The notes under the pieces: model-generated
What the model was told of the DNA's origin: nothing
Databases searched by the model: none
The model's input: the letters and a program-made list of their open reading frames with translations, nothing else
Part shown: piece by piece, positions 1 to 10,595 of the stretch
Position numbering within the stretch: position 1 is the first letter of the stretch
How the letters are laid out: each line of letters opens with the position of its first letter
Position numbers and translations under genes: made by a program
Assembly (NCBI GenBank): GCA_965541585.1
Contig: CBEUCH010000001.1
Location: forward strand, 192,001-256,000
Reading direction: 5' to 3'
Length of the DNA: 64,000 nt
From: an uncultured bacterium
GTDB taxonomy: Bacteria > Zixibacteria > MSB-5A5 > UBA10806

Positions 1-605
1 AAAAAAGCCTATCCATAGTGAAATGTCAAGATTATTTTTAATAAAATCGGTATATATCGATTTTTAGACCCATATAGATCTGCCAATGCTAAAATATTTC
101 CAATAATGTGCTTTTTGGATAATCCTTCGGACCATAATTCTCAAACAGAGGATTCAAAATCCGCAAGTCTCTTTTTTTGAATTTTCTTTCTATACGTCGA
201 CCTTTGAGACCGAGGCGAAACATTTTCCTAATATGTGCGTCGTCTGGATTTAACTGGCCGATAAGAAGCTCGCGCCTCATCCAAAGAAAAAAATGCCATA
301 ATCAATTCCTGAGGTCTCCGGAAAATCCGATCGGGAATCAGACTGCCAGAATAATTTTTTTAAAATTGGATTTGTTTTATGTGAATTAAAACGAGAGACT
401 TCTCATGACCATAATTTTCTTAATGAATATTTTAGTGGCGATACTGGTGTCCGTTGATATGCGAAAGCGAAAACGGTGTGTCGGAAATTAAAATAAGAGT
501 GCATCAGATGAAGGTGATTCATATTTTTTTAAGTGAAAGAATATTCAGAACGATTATGCCTGAAAAATCCGAGTGATAAAAATAAAAACTATTTCATTAT
601 TTAAT

Positions 606-635
606 TTGACATGAGATCAAACTTCATGATAAAAT
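606..635 (+). promoter_or_regulatory. sigma-70-type promoter of the sigma-54 activator gene
   Basis: TTGACA (606-611), 18-nt spacer, extended -10 TGaTAAAAT (TAAAAT at 630-635), 12 nt before ATG 648; no SD. Confidence 0.65.
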
Positions 636-647
636 CTTGACGACAAC

Positions 648-2429
648 ATGAAAGTTGCAATCGGAAAATCGAGCAAGAGATTCGCGGAGAATCTCGAACA
701 GCTGAAGAAAGAGTCGGCCAGACAGATAAAGCAATCGTTTGCTTCTATCGTTACCATAAAAGATTTCCTCTCCGAAACGGAATCGATTGAATCATCGGAG
801 CGGTATACGAAACTCGTATCCAAGCTTGATTCTGTGGAGAGAAGGCTCTCGAGATTTGAAAGTTCATTGAACGACCGCGTTGGCAAGCTCATACGCGAAT
901 ACGACAAGCTCAAGACGGAAGTCGAGAGTCTTGCGAAAGAACGAAGTATTTATAAGGCGCTTTACGATCTTTCCATGGACATTTCGTCTCAAAGGGATAT
1001 CAGTGCAGCGCTCCCCTCGGTCGTTCAGACCACGGCGGAAATTCTTTCATGCGACAATGTGGTCCTTCAAATTATTGATGACGATGGATCGATACGGCTT
1101 CAATATGAATCATCTAAGAAAAACGCATCCGGGGAAAAGTATGAACCGTCCAGACAAATGTCCGATGCCGTTCAGGCCACCGGAGATCCTGTTTATATTC
1201 ACATGAAGGAAAAGTTATCTAAGAGTACCGTCTGCTTGCCACTGAAATCCGGCGATACGGTTGTTGGTCTTCTTCATGTAGTCAGGTTCGATCAGGCATT
1301 CAAACAATTTGATCTTGATTTATTAAGAAGCATTTCGGAGAAGATCGCTGTTACGGTGGAATCCAATCGTCTCTTCACGGATTTGGAGGAATCGCGGGAG
1401 TCGCTGATTGAAGATCTTCGGGAAAAATATCAATTCGATGAAATGGTGGGGAATTCTCCTGAAATGGCGCGGGTGCTGGCAATCGTGGCTGATGTTGCCG
1501 AAACCGAGAGCGCAGTACTTATCGAGGGAGGATCGGGAACGGGTAAAGAGCTTCTGGCCCGGGCGATTCATTATAACTCCCGGCGAAAAGACAGGCCGTT
1601 CGTGGCAATAAACTGCGCTGCTATTCCCGAAACCCTGCTGGAATCAGAACTCTTCGGCTACGAGAAAGGAGCATTCACCGGAGCCGTCGCCAGAAAACCC
1701 GGAAAATTCGAGCTCGCCGATGACGGCACCGTTTTTCTCGATGAGATAGGCGAGCTCTCGCCGATCCTGCAGGTCAAGTTACTGAGGTTTCTGCAATCGG
1801 GCGAATTCGAGCCGCTCGGGGCGACATCGGTCAAACATGCAGATGTACGAATTATATCCGCCACCAAGAGAGATCTGGGAAGGATGATCGAGGCCAGCGA
1901 GTTCCGGGATGACCTGTATTACAGAATAAATGTAATAGCCATCGGACTTCCGCCGTTGGCCAAACGGTCGGGAGATATTGAACACCTGGCGAACCATTTC
2001 CTTAAGATATACGCCGAGAAAAACAGCAAAGATATCGAGTCGATCGATGAGAATGCGATGAGTTTCCTGAAAGGCTACAATTTTCCGGGTAATATACGCG
2101 AACTGGAGAATATCATCGAACGTGCAGTTGTGCTTTGCAAGGGTAATGTTCTCTCAAGTAATTACCTGCCGGAACAGGTCAAACATTTTGGGATGCCGGC
2201 CTCGGCGGAACCCTTAAACATCAAGGAGCTGAATGACCTTAAGAAAAGACTTTGGAGAGACGTGGTAGAACCGGTGGAGAGGAGCTTCGCATTGAGATTA
2301 TTGGATGCGAGCGGCGGTAATATCTCTGCGGCGGCGAGATCAGGCGGCTTGCATCGAAAACAACTTCAGCGGATACTCAGAAGGACTAACGTAACATCAG
2401 CAGAGATTCCAACGGAGAAAGACTCGTGA
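648..2429 (+). CDS. sigma-54-dependent enhancer-binding protein (coiled-coil N-terminus, GAF, AAA+, Fis-type HTH)
   Basis: Walker [24 protein letters not shown], Walker [28 protein letters not shown]-terminal [14 protein letters not shown]-like VCLPLK..VVGLLHV. Confidence 0.95.
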   Translation: MKVAIGKSSKRFAENLEQLKKESARQIKQSFASIVTIKDFLSETESIESSERYTKLVSKLDSVERRLSRFESSLNDRVGKLIREYDKLKTEVESLAKERSIYKALYDLSMDISSQRDISAALPSVVQTTAEILSCDNVVLQIIDDDGSIRLQYESSKKNASGEKYEPSRQMSDAVQATGDPVYIHMKEKLSKSTVCLPLKSGDTVVGLLHVVRFDQAFKQFDLDLLRSISEKIAVTVESNRLFTDLEESRESLIEDLREKYQFDEMVGNSPEMARVLAIVADVAETESAVLIEGGSGTGKELLARAIHYNSRRKDRPFVAINCAAIPETLLESELFGYEKGAFTGAVARKPGKFELADDGTVFLDEIGELSPILQVKLLRFLQSGEFEPLGATSVKHADVRIISATKRDLGRMIEASEFRDDLYYRINVIAIGLPPLAKRSGDIEHLANHFLKIYAEKNSKDIESIDENAMSFLKGYNFPGNIRELENIIERAVVLCKGNVLSSNYLPEQVKHFGMPASAEPLNIKELNDLKKRLWRDVVEPVERSFALRLLDASGGNISAAARSGGLHRKQLQRILRRTNVTSAEIPTEKDS

Positions 2430-2450
2430 ACAGAGGCCTTAAATGCAAAA

Positions 2451-2537
2451 GTTGCGACTCCGAAGTCGCAACAAGCTTCAGAGGGGATATTCTGGTTTTC
2501 GTAACTATCTCAAATAAATTGCGACGTGAATGTCGCA
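2451..2537. promoter_or_regulatory. tandem upstream activator sequences (two TGCGAC-N6-GTCGCA palindromes)
   Basis: GTTGCGACTccgaAGTCGCAAC (2451-2472) and TGCGACgtgaatGTCGCA (2520-2537), 67 bp apart, about 100-180 bp upstream of a -24/-12 element. Confidence 0.75.
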
Positions 2538-2634
2538 CTTTTTATCTTGTTGATAGACAACAGGATTCGTGGTCGAGGCGGTAACGTGTTGAAGTACATG
2601 CCGTTAGGAGCTCAGCCCGGTATTTTCATGAAGT

Positions 2635-2649
2635 TGGCATTGTTTTTGC
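2635..2649 (+). promoter_or_regulatory. sigma-54 (-24/-12) promoter
   Basis: TGGCATTGTTTTTGC: GG 2636-37, exactly 10 nt, GC 2648-49; 25 nt upstream of ATG 2674. Confidence 0.85.
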
Positions 2650-2673
2650 GTTAGGTGAGTTAGAGTAAACTTT

Positions 2674-3069
2674 ATGAAGGATAGTAAGTTAGCAACGAGA
2701 AATCGGAATCAATTCCCCGAGTTGAAAACACAGGTGGTAGATTCTGCTCTGGAGGTTCATAAGAATATCGGGCTTGGGTTTGGCAGGCAGGAGTATAGCA
2801 GGGCGCTGGCTCACGAACTCGGCCTCAGGGATATACCGTTCGAGCGGAAAAAGAGGGTCAAGCTTTCATATAAAGGGTCTGTTGCCGGCGAATATAACCT
2901 GGATTTTGTTATCCAGAATTCGCTGGTCGTGATGATTTCGACGGGCGAGCATTTAACGGATGCCGATGAAGCGAAGCTTAAAAGCATCTTGAAAGCGATT
3001 AAGTTGGAGTCCGGTCTAATAATAAATTTTTCCAAGGACATCTTGGAGATCGATACCATTCAACGATGA
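2674..3069 (+). CDS. GxxExxY-family (PD-(D/E)xK fold) protein with degenerate catalytic motifs
   Basis: Whole-length resemblance: EVHKNIGLGF..EY..AL..EL..RDIPFER...YKG...GEY.LDFVI...LK...L..GLIINF; the motif Glu and the VELK motif are replaced. Confidence 0.8.
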   Translation: MKDSKLATRNRNQFPELKTQVVDSALEVHKNIGLGFGRQEYSRALAHELGLRDIPFERKKRVKLSYKGSVAGEYNLDFVIQNSLVVMISTGEHLTDADEAKLKSILKAIKLESGLIINFSKDILEIDTIQR

Positions 3070-3090
3070 ATCGTGAGAGGAGGTGAAGTC

Positions 3091-3279
3091 ATGCCGGCAA
3101 AGAGAAAGAAAGCCAAGAAGAAAACGGCCAAGAAGAGAACCAAGAAAAGAACGGTGAAGAAAAAGGCCAAGAAGAGAACGGCTAAGAGGAAAACGGCTAA
3201 GAAGAAAGCTAAGAAGAAAGCCAAGAAGAAAGCCAAGAAGAAGGCCAAGAGGAAAACAGCCAAAAGGAGAAAAAGATAA
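3091..3279 (+). CDS. small extremely basic histone H1-/protamine-like protein (62 aa)
   Basis: Strong SD AGGAGGTG before ATG 3091; 42 of 62 residues K/R, no acidic residues, AKKK/TAK repeats with varied third codon positions; terminator follows. Confidence 0.8.
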   Translation: MPAKRKKAKKKTAKKRTKKRTVKKKAKKRTAKRKTAKKKAKKKAKKKAKKKAKRKTAKRRKR

Positions 3280-3319
3280 ATAGCAGCTATATTGATAGCT
3301 GATTTGTTTCGTTCTTACC

Positions 3320-3345
3320 AAGTCCGCCATTCGGCGGACTTTTTT
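3320..3345 (+). terminator. intrinsic terminator
   Basis: AAGTCCGCC-attc-GGCGGACTT followed by a T-run. Confidence 0.85.
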
Positions 3346-3385
3346 ATTGGCATTTTGCTGTAAATTTGCTATAGTTTTCGCTCTT

Positions 3386-3766
3386 ATGCTTAGAAGTAGA
3401 ATAAAATCCTATCTTCCGGCAATCGTCTGGGCGGTTTTAATAATGGCCGTATCATCAATCCCTGATCTTTCTACACCCGGCCTGGGCTTTTCAATGATGG
3501 ATAAAATTGTGCATTTCGCTGAATATTTCATTCTCGGGCTGCTTGCGGCAAAGGCCGTCAGCGCCTTTGATAACAGGCCTCTAAGAGTCTTCTGGATATC
3601 ATCGGCGGTGGCATCCGGGTATGGCATATTAGATGAACTTCATCAACTTCTCATACCCGGAAGAACCACGGAAGGACTCGATATGGTCGCCGACATTCTG
3701 GGATCTATTCTCGCTGCGGCCCTATTCGCAAGAAGACTACAAAGACATCTGCCCCGGGTCGGCTAA
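3386..3766 (+). CDS. VanZ-like family membrane protein
   Basis: DKIVHFAEYFILG and DELHQLLIPGR..DMVAD motifs; ATG 3386 preferred because TTG 3347 is part of a TTGGCA-N17-TATAGT promoter. Confidence 0.85.
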   Translation: MLRSRIKSYLPAIVWAVLIMAVSSIPDLSTPGLGFSMMDKIVHFAEYFILGLLAAKAVSAFDNRPLRVFWISSAVASGYGILDELHQLLIPGRTTEGLDMVADILGSILAAALFARRLQRHLPRVG

Positions 3767-3841
3767 TTGCCAGGTTCTCGAACATGTTGAATAATATTGA
3801 TTTCCCGACGCCGGATATGTTAAATTGGCCTTGATTAATCT

Positions 3842-5137
3842 ATGTCTACTAAGAAAATAAAAGCGATCCACGGCGCGCGAGATATCCTGCCGGATGAGGC
3901 CAATCGCTGGCAGAGGATTATCTCCACCGTTTCACGCATATCGGCAGGATATAACTATGGTTTCATCATGCCGCCGATTTTCGAGGCCACCGAGCTTTTT
4001 GCCCGGGGGATCGGTGAAATCAGCGACATAGTAACCAGGGAAATGTACACATTTGAAGATCAGGGCGGTCGATCGCTCACACTCCGGCCCGAGGCGACCG
4101 CTTCAGTGGTTAGGGCCTATATCGAACATTCCCTTGGAGCAGTCCGGGGGCTGGTCAAGGTCTGGTATGCAGGACCTATGTTTCGACAGGAGCGCCCCCA
4201 GGCCGGAAGGTTTCGTCAATTCTATCAGTTCGGCGCGGAGGCGATCGGTTCCCTCGATCCTGCTCTGGATGCCGAATTGATAAACCTTAATTACGATATC
4301 CTCAGAGATCTGGGTATCGACGATCTGAGGCTGGAGATCAACTCAATTGGCATGCCGGAAGACAGAAAAGCTCACAGGGAAGCTTTCATCCAGTTTGTGG
4401 AACCTGATCTGAAAAGATACTGCCAGGATTGTCAGAGGCGTTTTCGATCCAATCTGTTGAGGATGTTCGATTGCAAGGAGAATTCCTGCCAGAATCTTCT
4501 GTCCGATGCGCCTGTAGTGTTCGATTATCTTCTCGATGAGAACCGGCGGCACTTCGATGAAGTTCTCAAATATCTCGAGATCGCAGATCTGCCGTTTACA
4601 CTTAATAAGAGACTCGTGCGCGGACTCGACTATTACACGAGGACGGCGTGGGAGTTCAAATCGGGAAAGCTCGGCTCGCAGGATTCCATTTCCGGCGGCG
4701 GCAGATATGATCTGTTGGTAGGGCAGCTTGGTGGTTCGCCGACACCCGGTATCGGATTTGCTGCCGGCATAGAACGCATTCTGATGGCGATGCCGTCCAG
4801 GAATGGCTCAAGCCATCGAGAGGAATTCGGGTTTTTTATTGCCATCGGAGACCAGAAATTCAAAGCGGAGGCTTTTAAGCTTTTGAAAGCGATCAGGTCT
4901 ATCGGTCTTCCCGCCGATATAGATTATCTGGGACGATCTCTGAAAGGTCAGATGAAACAGGCTGATAAAAGCGGATTGAGTCACGCTATGATCCTGGCTG
5001 AAAGCGAGGTGGCGAGGGGTAAGGTTGCGGTGAGAAACATGCAAAATTCTAAGCAATTTGAACTGACTTTAATCGATATCTATAATACAAAGGATGCTGA
5101 ACAACTGGGAGATCTTATTGAAACAGGACAGCAATAG
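3842..5137 (+). CDS. hisS: histidine--tRNA ligase
   Basis: [41 protein letters not shown] motifs. Confidence 0.97.
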   Translation: MSTKKIKAIHGARDILPDEANRWQRIISTVSRISAGYNYGFIMPPIFEATELFARGIGEISDIVTREMYTFEDQGGRSLTLRPEATASVVRAYIEHSLGAVRGLVKVWYAGPMFRQERPQAGRFRQFYQFGAEAIGSLDPALDAELINLNYDILRDLGIDDLRLEINSIGMPEDRKAHREAFIQFVEPDLKRYCQDCQRRFRSNLLRMFDCKENSCQNLLSDAPVVFDYLLDENRRHFDEVLKYLEIADLPFTLNKRLVRGLDYYTRTAWEFKSGKLGSQDSISGGGRYDLLVGQLGGSPTPGIGFAAGIERILMAMPSRNGSSHREEFGFFIAIGDQKFKAEAFKLLKAIRSIGLPADIDYLGRSLKGQMKQADKSGLSHAMILAESEVARGKVAVRNMQNSKQFELTLIDIYNTKDAEQLGDLIETGQQ

Positions 5138-6965
5138 TATATTCAAGACCAATCTCAGAACCCATACCTGTGGCCAGCTCGGCGATTCTGATATTGAGCG
5201 GAAAGTGGCCATCTGCGGCTGGGCTCACGGTCATCGCGATCTGGGGGGATTGATTTTCATAGATATCAGGGATAGATGGGGGATTACCCAGGCAGTGTTC
5301 GATCCCGACATCGTCGGCAAGGAATGCATGGATACGGCACGATCGGTTCGCTATGAATTTTCAATTCGTGTTACAGGGACGGTCAGGAGTCGACCGGAGG
5401 GAATGCAGAACAAGCAAAATCCCACCGGCACGATAGAAGTCCGGGCAGATTCTATCGAGATATTGAATAAATCCCGGACGCCGCCATTCATGGTGGAGGA
5501 CGATACAACTGCTTCGGAGGATCTGAGGTTGAAATACAGGTATCTCGATCTGCGACGTCCGGTTCTCAAGAATAAGATCGAGTTGCGCCACCGCGCCGTT
5601 CTAACGGTGCGCAAGTATCTGGATTCTCAGGGATTCGTGGAGATAGAGACTCCTCTTCTGATGCGGTCCACACCCGAGGGAGCGCGCGACTATATCGTGC
5701 CCTCGAGAGAACAAAAGGGGAAGTTCTACGCACTGCCGCAATCTCCCCAACTTTTCAAGCAGATATTGATGGTATCCGGATTTGACAGGTATTTTCAGAT
5801 GGCACGCTGCTTGCGGGACGAGGACCTCCGGGCCGATCGACAGCCGGAGCATACTCAAATAGATATGGAGATGTCTTACGTCACCGCCGACGATGTCTTT
5901 CGTGTGGTTGAGGGAATGATGAGAGATCTTTTCAGAACTGTGCTCGGCGATGATATCACGGTTCCTTTCCAGCGGTACACCTATCGCGATGTGATGGATA
6001 GATATGGAAGCGATAAACCGGATTTGCGATTTGGCCTGGAGATAGTCGATCTCTCCGATAAGTTCGCTGGCACAGAATTCAATATATTTTCTGATGTTCT
6101 TTCCGGCGGCGGTATCATAAGGGGCATAAATTATAAAGGAGGGGTGTCGATTTCGCGAAAGCAGATAGACAATTTGACCGAAATCGTACGTCACGCAGGA
6201 GGCAAGGGATTATCATACATCGGCCGGACCGATGACGGTCTCAGATCGCCAATTGCGAAAAATATCAGTGAGGCTCAAATTCAAGCAGTCTCGGGGAAAG
6301 CCGGTATCGAGGTGGGTGATATTTTATTCATTGTAGCCGATAAATGGGGAGTGGTCTGCGATGCACTGGGCGCCGTTCGCAAGGAGCTCGGCAAATCGAT
6401 ACCACGCGCAGGCGATGGCAAATGGGCACCTCTCTGGGTTTATGAGTTCCCGTTATTCGAGTATAAACCCGAATCCGGTCGTTTCGACGCCATGCATAAT
6501 ATTGTAACATCGCCGTACAAGGAGGATATGGTCAAACTCGATTCGGGTTTTAAGTCGGATCTTGATTTGCATGATCCCGCTCATCCCTGGGCCAGTATTC
6601 GGGCCAACCAGTATGATCTGGTTCTCAATGGTGTTGAGATAGCCTCCGGAGGTATCCGGATTCACGACCGGGATGTTCAGGAGAAGGTGCTGGCTGTCAT
6701 GGGCATCGATTCTGTCCGGGCCGAGAAGATGTTCGGTTTCTTATTGCGAGCCCTTCAGTATGGCGCCCCGCCTCATGGAGGTATAGCTCCCGGCTTTGAC
6801 AGGATTGTGGCGCTGATGACGGATTCTGAATCTTTGCGCGATGTTATAGCCTTTCCAAAAACGACGGCGGCCCAGTCATTGATGGATGGTTCGCCCGCCG
6901 AGGTAGATCCTCAGCAGCTGGATGAGCTCGGCATTTGTATCAAGAGTCAAAAAGATAAAGATTGA
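5118..6965 (+). CDS. aspS: aspartate--tRNA ligase, probably non-discriminating; atypical active-site motifs
   Basis: [48 protein letters not shown] insert; TTG start at 5118 after GGGAG (ORF open from 5094). Confidence 0.95.
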   Translation: MKQDSNSIFKTNLRTHTCGQLGDSDIERKVAICGWAHGHRDLGGLIFIDIRDRWGITQAVFDPDIVGKECMDTARSVRYEFSIRVTGTVRSRPEGMQNKQNPTGTIEVRADSIEILNKSRTPPFMVEDDTTASEDLRLKYRYLDLRRPVLKNKIELRHRAVLTVRKYLDSQGFVEIETPLLMRSTPEGARDYIVPSREQKGKFYALPQSPQLFKQILMVSGFDRYFQMARCLRDEDLRADRQPEHTQIDMEMSYVTADDVFRVVEGMMRDLFRTVLGDDITVPFQRYTYRDVMDRYGSDKPDLRFGLEIVDLSDKFAGTEFNIFSDVLSGGGIIRGINYKGGVSISRKQIDNLTEIVRHAGGKGLSYIGRTDDGLRSPIAKNISEAQIQAVSGKAGIEVGDILFIVADKWGVVCDALGAVRKELGKSIPRAGDGKWAPLWVYEFPLFEYKPESGRFDAMHNIVTSPYKEDMVKLDSGFKSDLDLHDPAHPWASIRANQYDLVLNGVEIASGGIRIHDRDVQEKVLAVMGIDSVRAEKMFGFLLRALQYGAPPHGGIAPGFDRIVALMTDSESLRDVIAFPKTTAAQSLMDGSPAEVDPQQLDELGICIKSQKDKD

Positions 6966-7955
6966 ATGGCTGCTCTTGTTCAAAAGATGGTAGACGTCAG
7001 CGAGGTCGATCCCCGGCTTCTCTATGGTGCGCATCATTCCCACCTGGGCCTGATTGAAGAGGAGCTTGATGTTCAGCTCGTGGCAAGGGGCGATTGGATC
7101 AACATAAGGGGAGATTCCGAGAAGGTCGAAAGGGCCGAGAGAATAATTTATGATATTATCGACCACGTGAAGGCCACCGGCGAACTTAACGATCGCTATA
7201 TTCTATACTCCATTGCGATTATCAGGGATGAAGGCATTGCTCCTTCCCCGGAGGTCGACAGGGATCCGGGCCTGATCATATCCACCTCCACCCGCAAGGC
7301 TATCAAACCAAGAACCGTTGGCCAGAAGAACTATGTTGGTTTGATTGAATCGAAAGACATAGTTTTCGCTATCGGACCGGCAGGGACAGGCAAGACGTAT
7401 CTGGCGGTCGCCAAAGCGGTGCAAGCGTTCCGACAAAAGCAGGTCTCGAAGATTGTCCTGACCAGGCCTGCTGTAGAGGCGGGTGAAAGTCTTGGATTCT
7501 TGCCAGGCGACATTCGCGCCAAGGTCGATCCCTACCTGCGGCCGCTTTATGACGCACTTCATGATATGATGGCTTTTGAAAAAATGAAAAAGCTGATGGA
7601 GATCGGGATAATCGAGATAGCTCCTCTGGCCTTCATGAGGGGCCGGACCCTCAGCAACGCCTTCGTTATACTGGACGAGGCTCAAAACACCACGAATCGT
7701 CAGATGTTCATGTTTCTGACAAGGCTGGGGGAGGGATCGAAAGCAGTGATTACCGGTGACGTCACCCAGATAGATCTCGAGGAGCGAAAGGCCTCCGGAC
7801 TCCTGCCGACCCAGAAAATTCTCGGGCATATCGCCGGCATTGGCTTTATAGAGCTTACTGAAAAGGACGTGGTTCGGCATAGATTGGTACAGGATATCAT
7901 AGGGGCTTACGATAAGCGTTCGGCTGCAAAGAGAAGACAGAAGAGGCGGTCGTGA
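6966..7955 (+). CDS. phoH: PhoH-family ATPase (YbeZ-like)
   Basis: GPAGTGKT, RPAVEAGESLGFLPG, FMRGRTL, ILDEAQN, VVRH. Confidence 0.95.
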   Translation: MAALVQKMVDVSEVDPRLLYGAHHSHLGLIEEELDVQLVARGDWINIRGDSEKVERAERIIYDIIDHVKATGELNDRYILYSIAIIRDEGIAPSPEVDRDPGLIISTSTRKAIKPRTVGQKNYVGLIESKDIVFAIGPAGTGKTYLAVAKAVQAFRQKQVSKIVLTRPAVEAGESLGFLPGDIRAKVDPYLRPLYDALHDMMAFEKMKKLMEIGIIEIAPLAFMRGRTLSNAFVILDEAQNTTNRQMFMFLTRLGEGSKAVITGDVTQIDLEERKASGLLPTQKILGHIAGIGFIELTEKDVVRHRLVQDIIGAYDKRSAAKRRQKRRS

Positions 7956-10189
7956 AAATACCATTTAAGAAGAAAAACAGCTCGGTCATAAGATCGACAG
8001 TGGACACGGGCGAGGCCATAATCGATGATTCGCTGAAGGGGCAAAAACTCATATTCCGCGTGGCCCTGTCCGCTACTCTGGTAATTGGAATCACATTCCT
8101 CTATCCAATAGACAAAATATATCTGCCTATAGAGGTTCCTCGGGTCGGCGAGATTGCGGCAGTGGATCTTGCCGCGCCTTTTGATTTTCCGATATTTAAG
8201 ACGGAAGATGAATTGAAAAGAGACCGGGATCTGGTGATGAGCAATCTCCGGCCGGTGGTGACATATGATACCGTCTTAAGCGGAGCCATAAGAGACGGCA
8301 TACGAAGATTTTTTGAGAATGTCGATTCCATTGCAGCCTTAAAGCCGGATTCGGAATTTTTCTTACAGGCGCTCAGGTACGAGTTTCCCTCCCTGTCGGA
8401 GAGCCTGCTGGTCGTTCTCGGAGGCGCATCGGCCGCGGATTCGTTGAAAAAAATCTGTATCGGTGCTATCGATTCTATCGTTTCGTTGGGAGTGGTATCA
8501 AAACTCGGAAATCTGCCTTTTGAGGAATCGGGTCTTGTAACGCTACGGAAGGGAGAAAAGACGAAGACGGTTGCCAGGGATCTTGTCTTCGATATGGACA
8601 GGGCGTTGGGATTTCTCTCCATGAGGGCGGAGTTGGCTTTCGCAGGCAATCCCGAGATGCGCAGGGCGGCCGTCGGAATCATGAGCCAATTCCTGGAGCC
8701 TAACTTGAGATTTGACAGAGATGCTACCGAACAAAACAAAAGAGTAGAGCTGCAGGCCATTAACCAGGAAAAAGGCCGTGTATATGAGGGCGAGAAGATA
8801 ATCAAGGCCAACGAACGCCTTACCGATTTACACCGGGATAAGCTGATGTCTCTGGCGCGATATAAGAGAACCAAATTGCGTCAGAGTAGCTTCTGGCGGT
8901 TCCTCCTGCCGCCGTTAGGCCGGCTCTTTTTTGTGGCCTTTCCCATATTGTTCTTCGGGTTTTATTTATATAATTTTCGCCGACGAATTTTCGCCTCCAA
9001 CTCGGCGTTGATTCTGTTCTCCATATTTCTTGCCGCATTGGTTATTATTCTTAATGTGATCATGTCTCAGCAGTATCTGTCGCCTTATCTTGTTCCGATT
9101 ACAATTGTTTCGATGCTTGTGACTATCGCCTATGATCTTGAGACAGGTTTATTCCTGACGTTCTCAGCGGCGCTATTGGTTGGCATATTGTCCGGATTCA
9201 AGCTGGACGTAGCTCTTGTAGGGATCGCCGCCGGGACAGTGGCCACTTTCTCGGTCCGCAGAGTTCGACATCGCCACGAGTTTTACCGCTCAATTATCTA
9301 TCTCTCGCTGGTATATTTCGGGATCGTTTATATCATTGAATCGTTGAAACTGGCTCCTGCATCAGATCTCTGGCGGCATACGGGTCTGGCGGCATTGAAT
9401 GGTTTTGTCTCGCCGATCTTGACAATTGGCCTATTACCGCTATTCGAGACAACCTTTAAGCTGACTACCGATATTACACTGCTGGAACTTTCTGATCTGA
9501 ACAGGCCGTTGCTGAAAAGGCTGGCCGTGGAGGCACCGGGCACCTACCATCATTCGATTATGATCGGGACTCTGGCCGAGGAAGCCGCCAAAGCCATCAA
9601 CGCCAATTCTCTGCTGGCCCGGGTTGGATCCTATTATCATGATATAGGCAAGATGCTCAAGCCTGAGTATTTTGTGGAAAATCAGATGGGCGCAAAAAAC
9701 AAGCATGAGAAACTGGCGCCCTCTATGTCCGCTCTCATATTAGAGGCACATGTCAAAGAAGGCAAGGAGTTAGCGGAGGAAAACGGTTTACCCGATTGCA
9801 TTGTAGAGTTTATTACGGGTCATCACGGAACGAGTATTATGACCTATTTTTATGAGAAGGCGAAACAGCAAAAAAGCGAAGACGAGGTCAATATCGAGGA
9901 GTACCGATATCCCGGCCCCAAACCTAAGGCTAAAGAGGTCGCTATTGTCATGCTTGCAGATTCAGTCGAGGCGGCATCGCGCACGCTGGATAGCCCAACT
10001 CCGGCTCGCGTCAGGAATCTCGTGAGGAAGATAAGTTCAGCCAAATTCGATTCCGGGGAACTGGAAGGTTGTGATCTGACCCTGAGGGATCTTCACCTGA
10101 TCGAGGAGAGTTTTGCCAGGGTATTGCTCGGAATATATCACCGTAGAGTAGCCTATCCGGAAGAGGAGGAAGAGAAAATCGAGGTATGA
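7952..10189 (+). CDS. 7TM-HDIG phosphohydrolase (PgpH-like cyclic-dinucleotide phosphodiesterase)
   Basis: Extracellular domain, multiple TM helices, APGTYHHS, YYHDIGK, HHGT, YRYPGPKP, MLADSVEAA; GTGA overlap with phoH. Confidence 0.9.
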   Translation: MKIPFKKKNSSVIRSTVDTGEAIIDDSLKGQKLIFRVALSATLVIGITFLYPIDKIYLPIEVPRVGEIAAVDLAAPFDFPIFKTEDELKRDRDLVMSNLRPVVTYDTVLSGAIRDGIRRFFENVDSIAALKPDSEFFLQALRYEFPSLSESLLVVLGGASAADSLKKICIGAIDSIVSLGVVSKLGNLPFEESGLVTLRKGEKTKTVARDLVFDMDRALGFLSMRAELAFAGNPEMRRAAVGIMSQFLEPNLRFDRDATEQNKRVELQAINQEKGRVYEGEKIIKANERLTDLHRDKLMSLARYKRTKLRQSSFWRFLLPPLGRLFFVAFPILFFGFYLYNFRRRIFASNSALILFSIFLAALVIILNVIMSQQYLSPYLVPITIVSMLVTIAYDLETGLFLTFSAALLVGILSGFKLDVALVGIAAGTVATFSVRRVRHRHEFYRSIIYLSLVYFGIVYIIESLKLAPASDLWRHTGLAALNGFVSPILTIGLLPLFETTFKLTTDITLLELSDLNRPLLKRLAVEAPGTYHHSIMIGTLAEEAAKAINANSLLARVGSYYHDIGKMLKPEYFVENQMGAKNKHEKLAPSMSALILEAHVKEGKELAEENGLPDCIVEFITGHHGTSIMTYFYEKAKQQKSEDEVNIEEYRYPGPKPKAKEVAIVMLADSVEAASRTLDSPTPARVRNLVRKISSAKFDSGELEGCDLTLRDLHLIEESFARVLLGIYHRRVAYPEEEEEKIEV

Positions 10190-10593
10190 GCGTTTCGGTT
10201 ATCCTGGCCGACGGCCGGTTTTCTCTTGATGAAAAGCCCCTGGCGGCGTTGGCGGCAAGGGTATTGAAGTCCGAATCAGCTTCGGGGAAATCTATAAATA
10301 TCATATATTGTTCCGATAAACATATTGAAGAATTAAACAGGCGATTCAAGAGAAAAAATCAAACCACCGATGTACTGGCTTTCGATCTGACAGATTCCGT
10401 AGAGCCTGACTTCATAGGCGAGGTTTACGTGAATTTGCAGCAGGCAAAAAAACAGGCTAATGATCGCAGAATACCGTATAAAGAGGAGGTGAACAGGTTG
10501 ACCATTCATGGCGTCCTGCATCTTCTCGGCTATCGAGACGGGCAGAAATCAGACCGCCTTAGTATGTGGGCGCGTCAGGAGGGTTACCTGTAA
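10186..10593 (+). CDS. ybeY: rRNA maturation endoribonuclease YbeY
   Basis: TDVLAF, IGEVY, HGVLHLLGY motif; ATGA overlap; standard phoH-ybeY context. Confidence 0.93.
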   Translation: MSVSVILADGRFSLDEKPLAALAARVLKSESASGKSINIIYCSDKHIEELNRRFKRKNQTTDVLAFDLTDSVEPDFIGEVYVNLQQAKKQANDRRIPYKEEVNRLTIHGVLHLLGYRDGQKSDRLSMWARQEGYL

Positions 10594-10595
10594 GT

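Noticed and set aside
89..389. Short ORFs 89..280 (-) and 177..389 (+)
   Set aside because: AT-rich intergenic sequence, no SD or motif, and the minus ORF cannot be extended past an upstream in-frame stop
3091..3279. K-rich tract as a non-coding microsatellite or CRISPR
   Set aside because: Repeats keep the reading frame with synonymous variation, and there is no repeat-spacer structure
3016..3330. Minus-strand Phe/Leu-rich 'membrane protein' ORFs
   Set aside because: Antisense shadows of the AAG/AAA-rich basic protein gene, which has the SD and terminator
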